In this document: positions 55,953 to 64,000 of the stretch, piece after piece
Layout of the letters: every line of letters begins with the position of its first letter
How positions within the stretch are numbered: the first letter of the stretch is position 1
NCBI GenBank assembly: GCA_051859245.1
Contig: JBHYGA010000001.1
Location: 96,001 to 160,000, forward strand
Reading direction: 5' to 3'
DNA length: 64,000 nucleotides
Source: Gemmatimonadaceae bacterium
GTDB lineage: Bacteria > Gemmatimonadota > Gemmatimonadetes > Gemmatimonadales > Gemmatimonadaceae
The notes under the pieces: model-generated
Database searches by the model: none
Seen by the model: the letters and a program-made list of their open reading frames with translations, nothing else
What the model was told of the DNA's origin: nothing
Program-made: the position numbers and the translations under genes

Positions 55953-58900
55953 TCACTCGCGAATCAGCTTCGGGCTGAACATCGACGACCAGCCGGACTC
56001 GCCGGTGTTCTCCACGCGCAGTTTCTGCTTGAGGACGACATCGCCGATCTGCAGTACCACACCGTACTCGCCGGTGCCGGCACCACCACCACCACCACCG
56101 CCGGGGAAGAAGCCGCGTCCACCGGCTGGCGGCGAGATGCCCACCAGATCAAACACGCGTCGTACTTCGGGCGTCATGGCCGCTCCGCCACGACCGCCAC
56201 CGGCGGGTGCCGCCGAGAGTCCGGGGCGCGCTACGGTTGATTCGGCCGGACGCGCGCAGAACGTGTCCCACTGCGTGAGCGGACGCTCGCAGCTCGGCGT
56301 GGCACCAACACCACCACCGCCTCCGAATCCGCCACCGCCACCTCCACCACCACCGAAACCGCCGCCACCACCACCGCCGCCTGCGGTCAGCATGGTGCGT
56401 GCGGTCGCGAGTGCGGCACTGTCATACTTTGCCGCGGCGAGTGAGTCGAGCACCTTGGGTACGCGCACGGCGCGCAAGATGCTGTCGCGACGTGCACTCG
56501 GCGACAACGCCGCGGCGGCTGCCGCCGGACGCGCTGCGTTGTAGCTCCACGTGACCGAATGTACGCCCGGACGCGTGGGTCCCTGCAAACGCGCAATCGT
56601 ATCACCTACCGCGTCAACGATTGCAATACGCGCGTTGCCCGTACGGCCGGCGCCAACACGATACGTGATCGTCGCGCCGTACGTCGGGTTGGGCGTGGCG
56701 AAGAATGCCTGTGCATTGCCATTGCCGCTGGCGCCAAGCAACGGGGCCTCGCCCCACTGGAATCCAGGCTTGGGTGCGAACAGATGCACGTTCGCCGCCA
56801 TCACCGTGGTGTTCATCTGCTCGAGCGGCGCGATATCGGCGATCCAGAATCCACGTCCGTGAGTGGCCGCGATGAGCTCGCGATCACGCGGATGAATCTT
56901 GAGATCGTACACCGGCACGCTCGGCAATCCGCTCATGAAACGTGACCACGACGCACCGCGATCGACCGATGCATACACACCAATCGATGTGCCCACAAAC
57001 AACAGGTCGCGATTGTGCGGATCTTCACGAACCACGTGCACGTAATCGCCGGGTCCGCCCACGGGCAGGTTGTTCACGATCGAGCGGAAGCTGCGGCCGC
57101 CGTCATTCGTGACAAACAGATACGGCTTGAAATCACCCCAGCGGTGATTGTCGAATGCCACATAAAACGTGGACGTGTCGTGCGACGAGGCTTCAACGCG
57201 CGTGACATACACTTCGCCGCCGTTGGGCAGCATGGGTGCAAGCTTGGCCGACAGGTTCTCCCATGTGGCGCCATCGTTTGATGTCTTCCACACGTTGCCG
57301 TCGTCTGTTCCGGCGATGAGCAAGCCGGGTTTGCGCGGGCTCTCGGCGATGGCCACGATGGTGCCGTACGTTTCGGCGCCGGTTGCGTCGAGCGTGATAC
57401 CACCGGTGAGACGCAACGCCGTGTCAAGTTTGGCGACCTGCTGCTTGGAGAGGTCGGGCGAAATGATCTGCAGATCTTCGCCGCGCTTGTTCGACTTGAG
57501 CAACCGATTGCCGGCGAAGTACACCACCGACGGATTGTGCGGCGACAGGAAGAACGGGGAATTCCAGTTGTAGCGCATGCTCATGTCGGCCGAATCTTTC
57601 GCCTGCTGCGCGCGAATCTGCGCAATGCGCGTATTCATGGCGCGCGTGGCCGGTACGAGCGGATCACCACGCACAACGGCAATCGAGTCTTCCCATTCGG
57701 CGTAGCGCGCCTGCCAACCTGGCTTGGCAAAGCCCATGCGTTCGCCGGTGCGCAGATTCAAGCGTGAGACGTTGCCGCCCTGCGATTCGCCGTACACGAT
57801 GCTGGGATCGGTGGGATCCTGCGCGGAATAAAAGCCGTCACCACCGTTGATCGTGAACCAGTAGCCGAGTGGTGTGGTGGGGCTGCGACGGCGACTCGGT
57901 CCGCACCATGTGCCGTTGTCCTGCGCGCCGCCGCAAATGTTGTACGGCACGGCCATGTCAAAGCTCACTTCGTAGAACTGTGCGATCGACAAGTTTTGCG
58001 GCTGCCAGAAGTTACCACCGCCGTCGAATGTGATCGCCACGCCGCCATCATTCGCGAGGAACCAGCGCTGCGGATCGTTCGGATCGATCCAGATGCCGTG
58101 ATCGTCCACGTGGACCTGCTGCGCGCCATTGCGCGACGTTTTCCCGCCGTCATCGGAGACCTGCAGCTGCGTGCTGGAGAAGTACACCCGCTCCGGATTT
58201 TTCGGATCAACGCGCACCTGTGAATAGTAGAACGGACGCACGTTGGCGCTGTTCATGTGCGTCCACGTTTTGCCGCCGTCGATCGAGCGCCAGAGCCCGT
58301 TGTTCTTCGGTGCGTTCGCCGGGATGTAGTTGGCGCCCTGTGCTTCGTCGGCCGCTTCAATCATGGCGTAGATGTAGTCGCCATTGCTGCGCGCGATGTC
58401 GAGACCAATGCGTCCCTTCACGCCGGCTGGAAATCCGCCGCCTTTCACTTCGGTCCACGTCGCGCCGGCGTCGGTGGTCTTCCACAACGCAGAGCCCGGT
58501 CCGCCACTCTTGAGCGAGTACGGTGTGCGATAACGCTCCCAGCTGGCAGCGTAGAGCACGTCGGGATTGCGTGGGTCCATGGCCACATCAATGAAGCCGG
58601 CCTTGTCGCTCACGAACTTGGAGAGCGTCCACGTGTTGCCACCGTCGGTGGTTTTGTACAGGCCACGCTCCGGATTCGACCGCCACGTGGCACCCGCAGC
58701 CGCCACATAGACGATGTTCGGATTTGTGGGATGAACGACGATGCGTCCAATCGATTCGGTCTTCTCGAGACCCTTGAGCGTCCAGGTGAGTCCGCCGTCG
58801 GTGGACTTGTAAATGCCCGCGCCCGGATCGATCGAGTTTCGCGGATTGGGTTCGCCGGTGCCGGCCCACACCTGCTGCGTGTCCGATGGCGCAATGGCCA

Positions 58901-59195
58901 TCACGCCCATGGAGATGACGTTCTTGTCATCAAACGTGGAGCGCCACGTCATGCCGTTGTTGGTGCTCTTCCAGATGCCACCCGCAGCGGCAGCAATGAA
59001 GATCGTCTTGGACGGGCCGGGAATACCGACCACGTCGGACAGACGACCCATGAAGTTGGCCGGGCCAACATTTCGCCAGCGCATGCCGGCGGCGGTGGCG
59101 GAGTCGATGGCCTGCGCCGACACGACCTGTGGCGCGAGCGCCAGCACGGAGCATGTGAGCAGACCGAAGGTACGTGACATTCGGAGAGGAGGCAT
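55953..59195 (-). CDS. VPS10/BNR (Asp-box) repeat glycosyl-hydrolase-like secreted protein
   Basis: WRNVGPA, many S/T-x-D-G-G-x-T-W Asp boxes, GGAQDNG, RYNWNSP, ATHGRG; Gly-rich tail; start 59195 or 59180. Confidence 0.88.
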   Translation of the reverse strand: MPPLRMSRTFGLLTCSVLALAPQVVSAQAIDSATAAGMRWRNVGPANFMGRLSDVVGIPGPSKTIFIAAAAGGIWKSTNNGMTWRSTFDDKNVISMGVMAIAPSDTQQVWAGTGEPNPRNSIDPGAGIYKSTDGGLTWTLKGLEKTESIGRIVVHPTNPNIVYVAAAGATWRSNPERGLYKTTDGGNTWTLSKFVSDKAGFIDVAMDPRNPDVLYAASWERYRTPYSLKSGGPGSALWKTTDAGATWTEVKGGGFPAGVKGRIGLDIARSNGDYIYAMIEAADEAQGANYIPANAPKNNGLWRSIDGGKTWTHMNSANVRPFYYSQVRVDPKNPERVYFSSTQLQVSDDGGKTSRNGAQQVHVDDHGIWIDPNDPQRWFLANDGGVAITFDGGGNFWQPQNLSIAQFYEVSFDMAVPYNICGGAQDNGTWCGPSRRRSPTTPLGYWFTINGGDGFYSAQDPTDPSIVYGESQGGNVSRLNLRTGERMGFAKPGWQARYAEWEDSIAVVRGDPLVPATRAMNTRIAQIRAQQAKDSADMSMRYNWNSPFFLSPHNPSVVYFAGNRLLKSNKRGEDLQIISPDLSKQQVAKLDTALRLTGGITLDATGAETYGTIVAIAESPRKPGLLIAGTDDGNVWKTSNDGATWENLSAKLAPMLPNGGEVYVTRVEASSHDTSTFYVAFDNHRWGDFKPYLFVTNDGGRSFRSIVNNLPVGGPGDYVHVVREDPHNRDLLFVGTSIGVYASVDRGASWSRFMSGLPSVPVYDLKIHPRDRELIAATHGRGFWIADIAPLEQMNTTVMAANVHLFAPKPGFQWGEAPLLGASGNGNAQAFFATPNPTYGATITYRVGAGRTGNARIAIVDAVGDTIARLQGPTRPGVHSVTWSYNAARPAAAAAALSPSARRDSILRAVRVPKVLDSLAAAKYDSAALATARTMLTAGGGGGGGGFGGGGGGGGGFGGGGGVGATPSCERPLTQWDTFCARPAESTVARPGLSAAPAGGGRGGAAMTPEVRRVFDLVGISPPAGGRGFFPGGGGGGGAGTGEYGVVLQIGDVVLKQKLRVENTGESGWSSMFSPKLIRE

Positions 59196-59301
59196 AAGCT
59201 GTGGCGGGGTGGGAAGGGCAGAGCCGGACGAGCTGCCACCAAACTAGCGCGGCTGCTCCCTTCCTGTACGCCGCAGCGAGCTCATGCGCTGCGGCGTGTG
59301 C

Positions 59302-59787
59302 TCAGACCGCGCCTTCGAGCGAGAGCAGTGTCTGCTTGCGATCGAGCCCACCGCCGTAGCCGGTGAGGGTGCCGTTCGCACCGATCACGCGGTGGCAGGG
59401 CACGATGATGCTGATGGGATTGCGGCCGTTTGCGAGACCGACGGCGCGAACCGCGCGTGGATTGCCGATGCGACGCGCGAGTTCGCCGTAGCTGATCGTG
59501 GTGCCGTAGTTGATCGATTGTAGCGACTGCCATACCTGGCGCTGGAATTCTGTGCCGGTGGCAGTGAGCGGGATGTCGAAATCGCGACGCGTACCGGCGA
59601 AGTATTCAGCGAGTTGCTGGCGGGTTTGTGTGAGCCAGTGCGAGGCCTGGCCGATGGTGCCGTTGTCGGCGATCCACGTCGCGTCCGGTTGTGCCCCGCG
59701 GTCGAACAGCACGTGCGAGAGGCCGTCGTTCGTGGCGGCGAGGAGTAGTGTGCCGACGGGGCTGTCGATGGTCGTATAGATGGTCAT
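59302..59787 (-). CDS. ogt: Methylated-DNA--protein-cysteine S-methyltransferase
   Basis: GTEFQ, RAVG, NPISIIVPCHRVIG. Confidence 0.95.
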   Translation of the reverse strand: MTIYTTIDSPVGTLLLAATNDGLSHVLFDRGAQPDATWIADNGTIGQASHWLTQTRQQLAEYFAGTRRDFDIPLTATGTEFQRQVWQSLQSINYGTTISYGELARRIGNPRAVRAVGLANGRNPISIIVPCHRVIGANGTLTGYGGGLDRKQTLLSLEGAV

Positions 59788-59802
59788 GGGGGCATCGTTG
59801 GT

Positions 59803-59977
59803 TGAACTGCATTGAACGCAGAGGCGCAGAGGCGCGGAGACTGCATGCCCAATGGAGATCTCGACTCAAGATCAACTCTTTATTGTTTTTTGAATAACCG
59901 AGATGTTGCTGCTGCTATCACATGTCTTGCGTGTCTGCCACTCTGCGCCTCTGCGTCTCTGTGTTTCAAGCAGTTCA
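59803..59977. repeat. Second copy of the 9-bp-periodic inverted-repeat element, between alkA and ogt
   Basis: Terminal IR TGAACTGC / GCAGTTCA; exact 21-mer (59825-59845 = 21432-21452) and 19-mer (59957-59975 = 21358-21376) shared with the 21 kb locus. Confidence 0.85.
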
Positions 59978-61546
59978 CTTCAGCCGCGCCCACAAATACA
60001 TCGCGGCATACGCTCTCCACGGTCGCCACTTCTCCGCGAGTCTCCGCAACTCGGCGTTGCTCACGCCACCCGCCGCCTTGCGCAGCGCCAGATCGCCATC
60101 TGGAAACGCATCGGGCGAGCGCAACGCACGCATGGCCACATACTGCGCGGTCCACGGGCCAATGCCGTTGAGCGAGGTGAACTGCTCCACAAACTCGCGC
60201 GTACTCGTTGTGAGCGTGTCGCGCAGCAAGGGAAACGAACCGTCAGCCACCGCACGCGCCATGTGTACGAGCGTCGTGGCGCGTGCGCGGGGCAATCCGA
60301 TACTCATCACCTGATCGATCGATGCGTCAGCGAGACGTTCGGGGGTGATCGGCGCATGCGTCAACAGTGTTGCGGACGGCTTGTGTGATACGGGCAAGGG
60401 TTCCGCAACCAACGCAATCAGTCGACCCGCCAACGTGGTGGCACCACGCACGCTCACCTGCTGCCCCAGCACCGCACGCACCGCCAACTCAAACGCGTCC
60501 ACACATCCCGGCACTCGGCGACCCGGTGTGTTCGCGATCGTGTCCGCAAGCAGCGCATCGCTTCGCAAATGCGCATCAATAGACGCCGGGTTGGCATCCA
60601 GATCCAGCAACTGTCGCACCAGCGCCAACATGGGTACCAGCACGGGCAGCAGTTGATGCGAAAACGTCACGTCTACCGCATTCGCGCGCGACGACGCACT
60701 CACACCGAGCACTCCCACCTGCTCGCGCACGCGGATCGTGCGCCAGTATTGTCGCACGGGCTGATCGGTCACGAGTTCCACGCCGGGAATCGCTCGGCAC
60801 GCGAGAAAATCCATCAGTGCGTTCCACGCAAACGGCGGTCGATAGCTGAGCGAAATGCGCACCAGATCGTTGTGCGCCGCAACGTCGTGCGCGACAACTT
60901 CTTGCTCGAGCGCCGCGCGATGTGAACGATGTCGCGTGATCGAGGCCTGCGCACCGCGGCGCAGCGCGCTCGGCGCCAATCGATACTGCGACTGAAACAA
61001 CGCGTTGAAGCGACGCAGGCTGCCGAAGCCACTCGCCATCGCGACTTGCGATACTGGCAAGTCCGTGTCGGTCAACAAATGTTTGGCCGTGAGCAAACGT
61101 CGCGTTTGCGCGAGTGCAATCGGTGATGCACCCAGCTCACGTTCCACCGCGCGTCGCAAGTGACGCGCCGATGTGCCAAGCTCGTGCGCGAGCGCATCAA
61201 GATGCTGACCATCGAGCGCGCCGCTGGCAATGCGTTCGCCGGCTTTTCGTGCGCGTGCGCGCATCGCGTCCACCGGCGCAATGTCGGCTGTGGTATCCGC
61301 GGTTGATGTGTGCGAGATGTTGAGTGGCGCCAGTTCCGGCCGACAGCGAAGGCACGGTCGGAATCCACGACGCTCCGCTGCGGCCGCGCTTGCAAAAAAC
61401 CTGCAACGATCCGCGCGTGGTGTGCGCGCCGGACAGATTGGGCGACAATAGATTCCGGTAGTTGACATGCCCACAAAAAACTGGCCGTCAAACCGTGCGT
61501 CGCGCGCGGCGAGCACCTGATAGCACTGTTCTGCGTCGAGAGGCAT
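59975..61546 (-). CDS. alkA: Ada metal-binding/AraC/AlkA fusion (3-methyladenine DNA glycosylase II)
   Basis: TTGIYCRPIC, FRPCLRCRP, AraC HTH, GQQVSV, GIGPWTA, WRPWRAYA; start taken at MPLDAEQ. Confidence 0.93.
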   Translation of the reverse strand: MPLDAEQCYQVLAARDARFDGQFFVGMSTTGIYCRPICPARTPRADRCRFFASAAAAERRGFRPCLRCRPELAPLNISHTSTADTTADIAPVDAMRARARKAGERIASGALDGQHLDALAHELGTSARHLRRAVERELGASPIALAQTRRLLTAKHLLTDTDLPVSQVAMASGFGSLRRFNALFQSQYRLAPSALRRGAQASITRHRSHRAALEQEVVAHDVAAHNDLVRISLSYRPPFAWNALMDFLACRAIPGVELVTDQPVRQYWRTIRVREQVGVLGVSASSRANAVDVTFSHQLLPVLVPMLALVRQLLDLDANPASIDAHLRSDALLADTIANTPGRRVPGCVDAFELAVRAVLGQQVSVRGATTLAGRLIALVAEPLPVSHKPSATLLTHAPITPERLADASIDQVMSIGLPRARATTLVHMARAVADGSFPLLRDTLTTSTREFVEQFTSLNGIGPWTAQYVAMRALRSPDAFPDGDLALRKAAGGVSNAELRRLAEKWRPWRAYAAMYLWARLK

Positions 61547-61606
61547 GCTGGATCTTATTCGCGTTCGAGCCCGTCGGCTCGCCATTTTCGGACATCGAGG
61601 CACCCA

Positions 61607-62815
61607 GTGAAGTTCACGCGCCTGTCGCTCCCGTTTCTCACCGTCGCGCTGCTCGCGCTTTCGGCCTGCACCTCCGGCGCGCCACGCGCTTCGCGAGGCG
61701 CTGCGCCAGTCGGGCAAGCTCGGCCGTGGCCGTGGGCAATCAGCGCGTCCGTGGCCGATAGCGTGCACACAGAAGAACTCGCACCTGGCGTTCGGCTCTA
61801 TCGATTGGTCGAACTGTCCCGACCCTGGCGCGCCGTCGTGCTCGACGTGGACCTCGCGCAGTGTGTGAGCGTGCAGAGCGTGAAGGGCGCCTCGACGGCG
61901 CTGGGACGCCAAACCACCAGCGCACTGCTCCAGAGTCTCGACCCATCGCGTCGTGCGGTGGCCGCCGTGAACGCCGACTTCTTCTTGTTTACGCCGCCCG
62001 GCGTGCCAACGGGGGCGCACATTGAGCGCGGTCGGCTGATTGCAGGTCCCGGCGTGCGCCCGGTGTTTGCCATGGATAGCGCGGGGCGCCCGTATATCGG
62101 TTTGCTAAGGGCGCGCGGCACCGTGAGTCGACGTGGCGCCGAGTATGCCCTGACCGGCTGGAATCGGCCGGCGGCGAATGGGGTGAGCGTGCTCGACGAG
62201 GCGTGGGGAGCGCCGATCGACACGGCGGTGCTGGGCGAGGCGTGGGAAGTGCGACCACTTGGTGGCATGCGCTACGTGGTTGAGCGCGAGACGACCGCTC
62301 CGCCCACCGGCGATCGGCTGGTAATTGTTCGAGGACGAACGATAGCGGCGTCGGAGTCGCCGATCGCCGTGGGTGACACGCTTGGGATTCGGTGGGGGCT
62401 GGAACCGATGTACCCCATGGACGCGGTGGGCGGGTTTCCCGTGCTCCTGCGCGACAGTGTGATGCCGCCCGGGGCCGCCACGGCCGGTGCGGCTGGCTTC
62501 AGTGGTCCGAATCCGCGCACCGCGGTGGGGATTGGCGCGGGGGGACGGCGCCTGCTGCTCGTCGTGATTGACGGCCGGCAGCCGGGCTTCAGCGCCGGCG
62601 CCACCCTCGAACAAACAGCCGATCTTCTGCAAGCCCTCGGCGCGCGTGAGGCGATCAACCTGGACGGCGGTGGATCATCGGCGCTGGTGGTGCGGAATTT
62701 CAGGGACGAACTGCGTGTGACGAACCGTCCGTCGGACGCTACCGGTGAGCGGGCCGTAGGCAATGCGCTGGCGTTACTTGCGACGTGCGACGGGGCGCGG
62801 AGCGCGCGTCGCTGA
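61607..62815 (+). CDS. Phosphodiester glycosidase (NAGPA family) lipoprotein
   Basis: Lipobox LSAC; AAVNADFF, NPRTAVG, DGR, NLDGGGSS, NRPSD...ERAVGNAL. Confidence 0.88.
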   Translation: MKFTRLSLPFLTVALLALSACTSGAPRASRGAAPVGQARPWPWAISASVADSVHTEELAPGVRLYRLVELSRPWRAVVLDVDLAQCVSVQSVKGASTALGRQTTSALLQSLDPSRRAVAAVNADFFLFTPPGVPTGAHIERGRLIAGPGVRPVFAMDSAGRPYIGLLRARGTVSRRGAEYALTGWNRPAANGVSVLDEAWGAPIDTAVLGEAWEVRPLGGMRYVVERETTAPPTGDRLVIVRGRTIAASESPIAVGDTLGIRWGLEPMYPMDAVGGFPVLLRDSVMPPGAATAGAAGFSGPNPRTAVGIGAGGRRLLLVVIDGRQPGFSAGATLEQTADLLQALGAREAINLDGGGSSALVVRNFRDELRVTNRPSDATGERAVGNALALLATCDGARSARR

Positions 62816-62899
62816 CCTTGCCCGGGCGCGATTAATGAGAGGGACGGATCGTTAGCCCGCATTTCGTCACGCCAATAGTCTTAGCGTCGTGACAAATGT

Positions 62900-62928
62900 T
62901 TGACATTCGTGGAACAAACTGTCATGAT
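62900..62928 (+). promoter_or_regulatory. Sigma-70-type promoter of the downstream susC
   Basis: TTGACA (62900-62905), 17 nt spacer, CATGAT (62923-62928). Confidence 0.6.
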
Positions 62929-63053
62929 GCGGGCGCTTCGTACCGGTCATACACAGCAAGTCCCGTGTATGTCGGATACGTCCCGCCACCTGCCTTCTCT
63001 CGCGGTGTGTTGGCCGGTTTTACGCTCACCTATTACGTCAGGACGGTTGTCCC

Positions 63054-64000
63054 ATGATCAGGGCGCTCCGAACGTACCTGCCCTCGCTGGCTGTGGCTTT
63101 GATAGCCGCGGTCGCCTTCGTTCCAAAGGCTGCGCTTGCCCAAGTGGGCTCGCTGACCGGAACCATTACCGACGCAACCAGCGGTGCGCCCATTGGCGGC
63201 GCGACCGTACTCATTGGCGGCACCACACTGGTTGGTGTCTCGAACGATCGCGGTGAGTACAGCATCGCGAACATCCGTCCGGGCCGCTTGCTCGTGTCGG
63301 TACAGCGCATCGGCTACAAGGCGCAGGGCGATACGGTGCGCCTCGCGGCCGGCGAGCGCGTGACCAAGAACTTCACGCTGTCGGCTACGGTCTCCACGTT
63401 GTCTGAAGTGGTTGTGACCGGCGTGACGGGCAATACGCAGCGTCGTGCGCAGGCGGCCGTTGTGGCCTCACTTCCTGTGGGCGATCTGGCGCGCAACGCG
63501 CCGGTGTCCACCGTGAACGAAATCCTGCAGTCGCGCCTGCCGGGCGTGTCGGTGAACACGGCGTCTGGTACGGCCGGCTCCTCGCGCGCGATTCGTATTC
63601 GCGGCGCGTCGTCGATCTCGTTGTCGAACCAGCCGCTCATTTTCATTGACGGTATCCGCGTGTCGGAAGGCCAGAACTCGCCCGGGGTAGGCGGTCAGGC
63701 TACTGACCGTTTGAACGACATTAATCCGGACGACATCGAGTCGATCGAAGTGGTGAAGGGCCCGGCCGCTGCCACGTTGTACGGCGCCGACGCCTCCTCG
63801 GGCGTGATCCAGATCATCACCAAGAAGGGCAAGCTCGGCTCGAACACGTTCCAGCAGTCACTGCGTTTGGACTTCTCGCAGATTGAGCAAAACTGGACGC
63901 CACCGGACAACTTCGGCAACTGCAGCGCGGCGCTTGTTGCGCCAACAAGCACGAATCCGCTCTGCCGCGGCCAGGCCGTTGGAACGCTGATCCGCGACAA
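63054..64000 (+). CDS. susC: SusC/RagA-family TonB-dependent transporter, 3'-truncated by window edge (absent from ORF track)
   Basis: Translated by hand: MIRALRTYLPSLAVALIAAVAFVPKAALAQVGSLTG...; IRIRGASS, PLIFIDG, DINPDDIESIEVVKGPAAATLYG, GVIQIITKKG. Confidence 0.92.
   Translation, partial: MIRALRTYLPSLAVALIAAVAFVPKAALAQVGSLTGTITDATSGAPIGGATVLIGGTTLVGVSNDRGEYSIANIRPGRLLVSVQRIGYKAQGDTVRLAAGERVTKNFTLSATVSTLSEVVVTGVTGNTQRRAQAAVVASLPVGDLARNAPVSTVNEILQSRLPGVSVNTASGTAGSSRAIRIRGASSISLSNQPLIFIDGIRVSEGQNSPGVGGQATDRLNDINPDDIESIEVVKGPAAATLYGADASSGVIQIITKKGKLGSNTFQQSLRLDFSQIEQNWTPPDNFGNCSAALVAPTSTNPLCRGQAVGTLIRD

Noticed and set aside
56075..56385. CCA/CCG triplet runs as a DNA repeat element or a Pro-rich plus-strand protein (55792-56544)
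   Set aside because: They encode poly-Gly linkers of the minus-strand VPS10-like protein.
1..64000. Prophage, IS element, defence system, tRNA or rRNA
   Set aside because: No integrase, transposase, phage structural, restriction or toxin motifs, and no tRNA or rRNA signatures were recognised.

Overview
A gene-dense, high-GC bacterial chromosomal segment. The gene content (SusC/SusD pairs at high GC, a plug-only lipoprotein, many Tat/Sec-exported proteins) suggests Gemmatimonadota, which is an inference. About 52 CDS were read; no rRNA, tRNA, CRISPR array, integrase or transposase was seen. Blocks in order: 5'-nucleotidase; SDR/acyl-CoA dehydrogenase/APH kinase trio (lva/ACAD10-11-like) with thiolase and FadN; msrA/msrB; a six-gene secreted-protein run (choice-of-anchor B, YncE, FG-GAP, membrane protein, triple-HhH protein, M1 peptidase); PAL-like NHL protein with HupE/UreJ, cytochrome c and a PQQ dehydrogenase; Rieske protein divergent from a PhoX-like phosphatase and an imelysin-like/MauG-type diheme protein, with PHO-box-like repeats between them; a Tat flavoprotein oxidase coupled to a second NHL protein, divergent from a signal-peptide RidA and susCD; DUF547 plus a radical SAM enzyme with Tes/MJ0619-like C-terminal motifs; a GMC/gamma-subunit/TIM-barrel operon; a VPS10-like protein; ada-alkA/ogt; a NAGPA-family protein and a partial susC. 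A non-coding family of 9-bp-periodic inverted repeats occurs at 21.2-21.6 kb and 59.8-60.0 kb, with a possible relic at 29.5 kb. All family calls come from motif recognition; no database searches were run.
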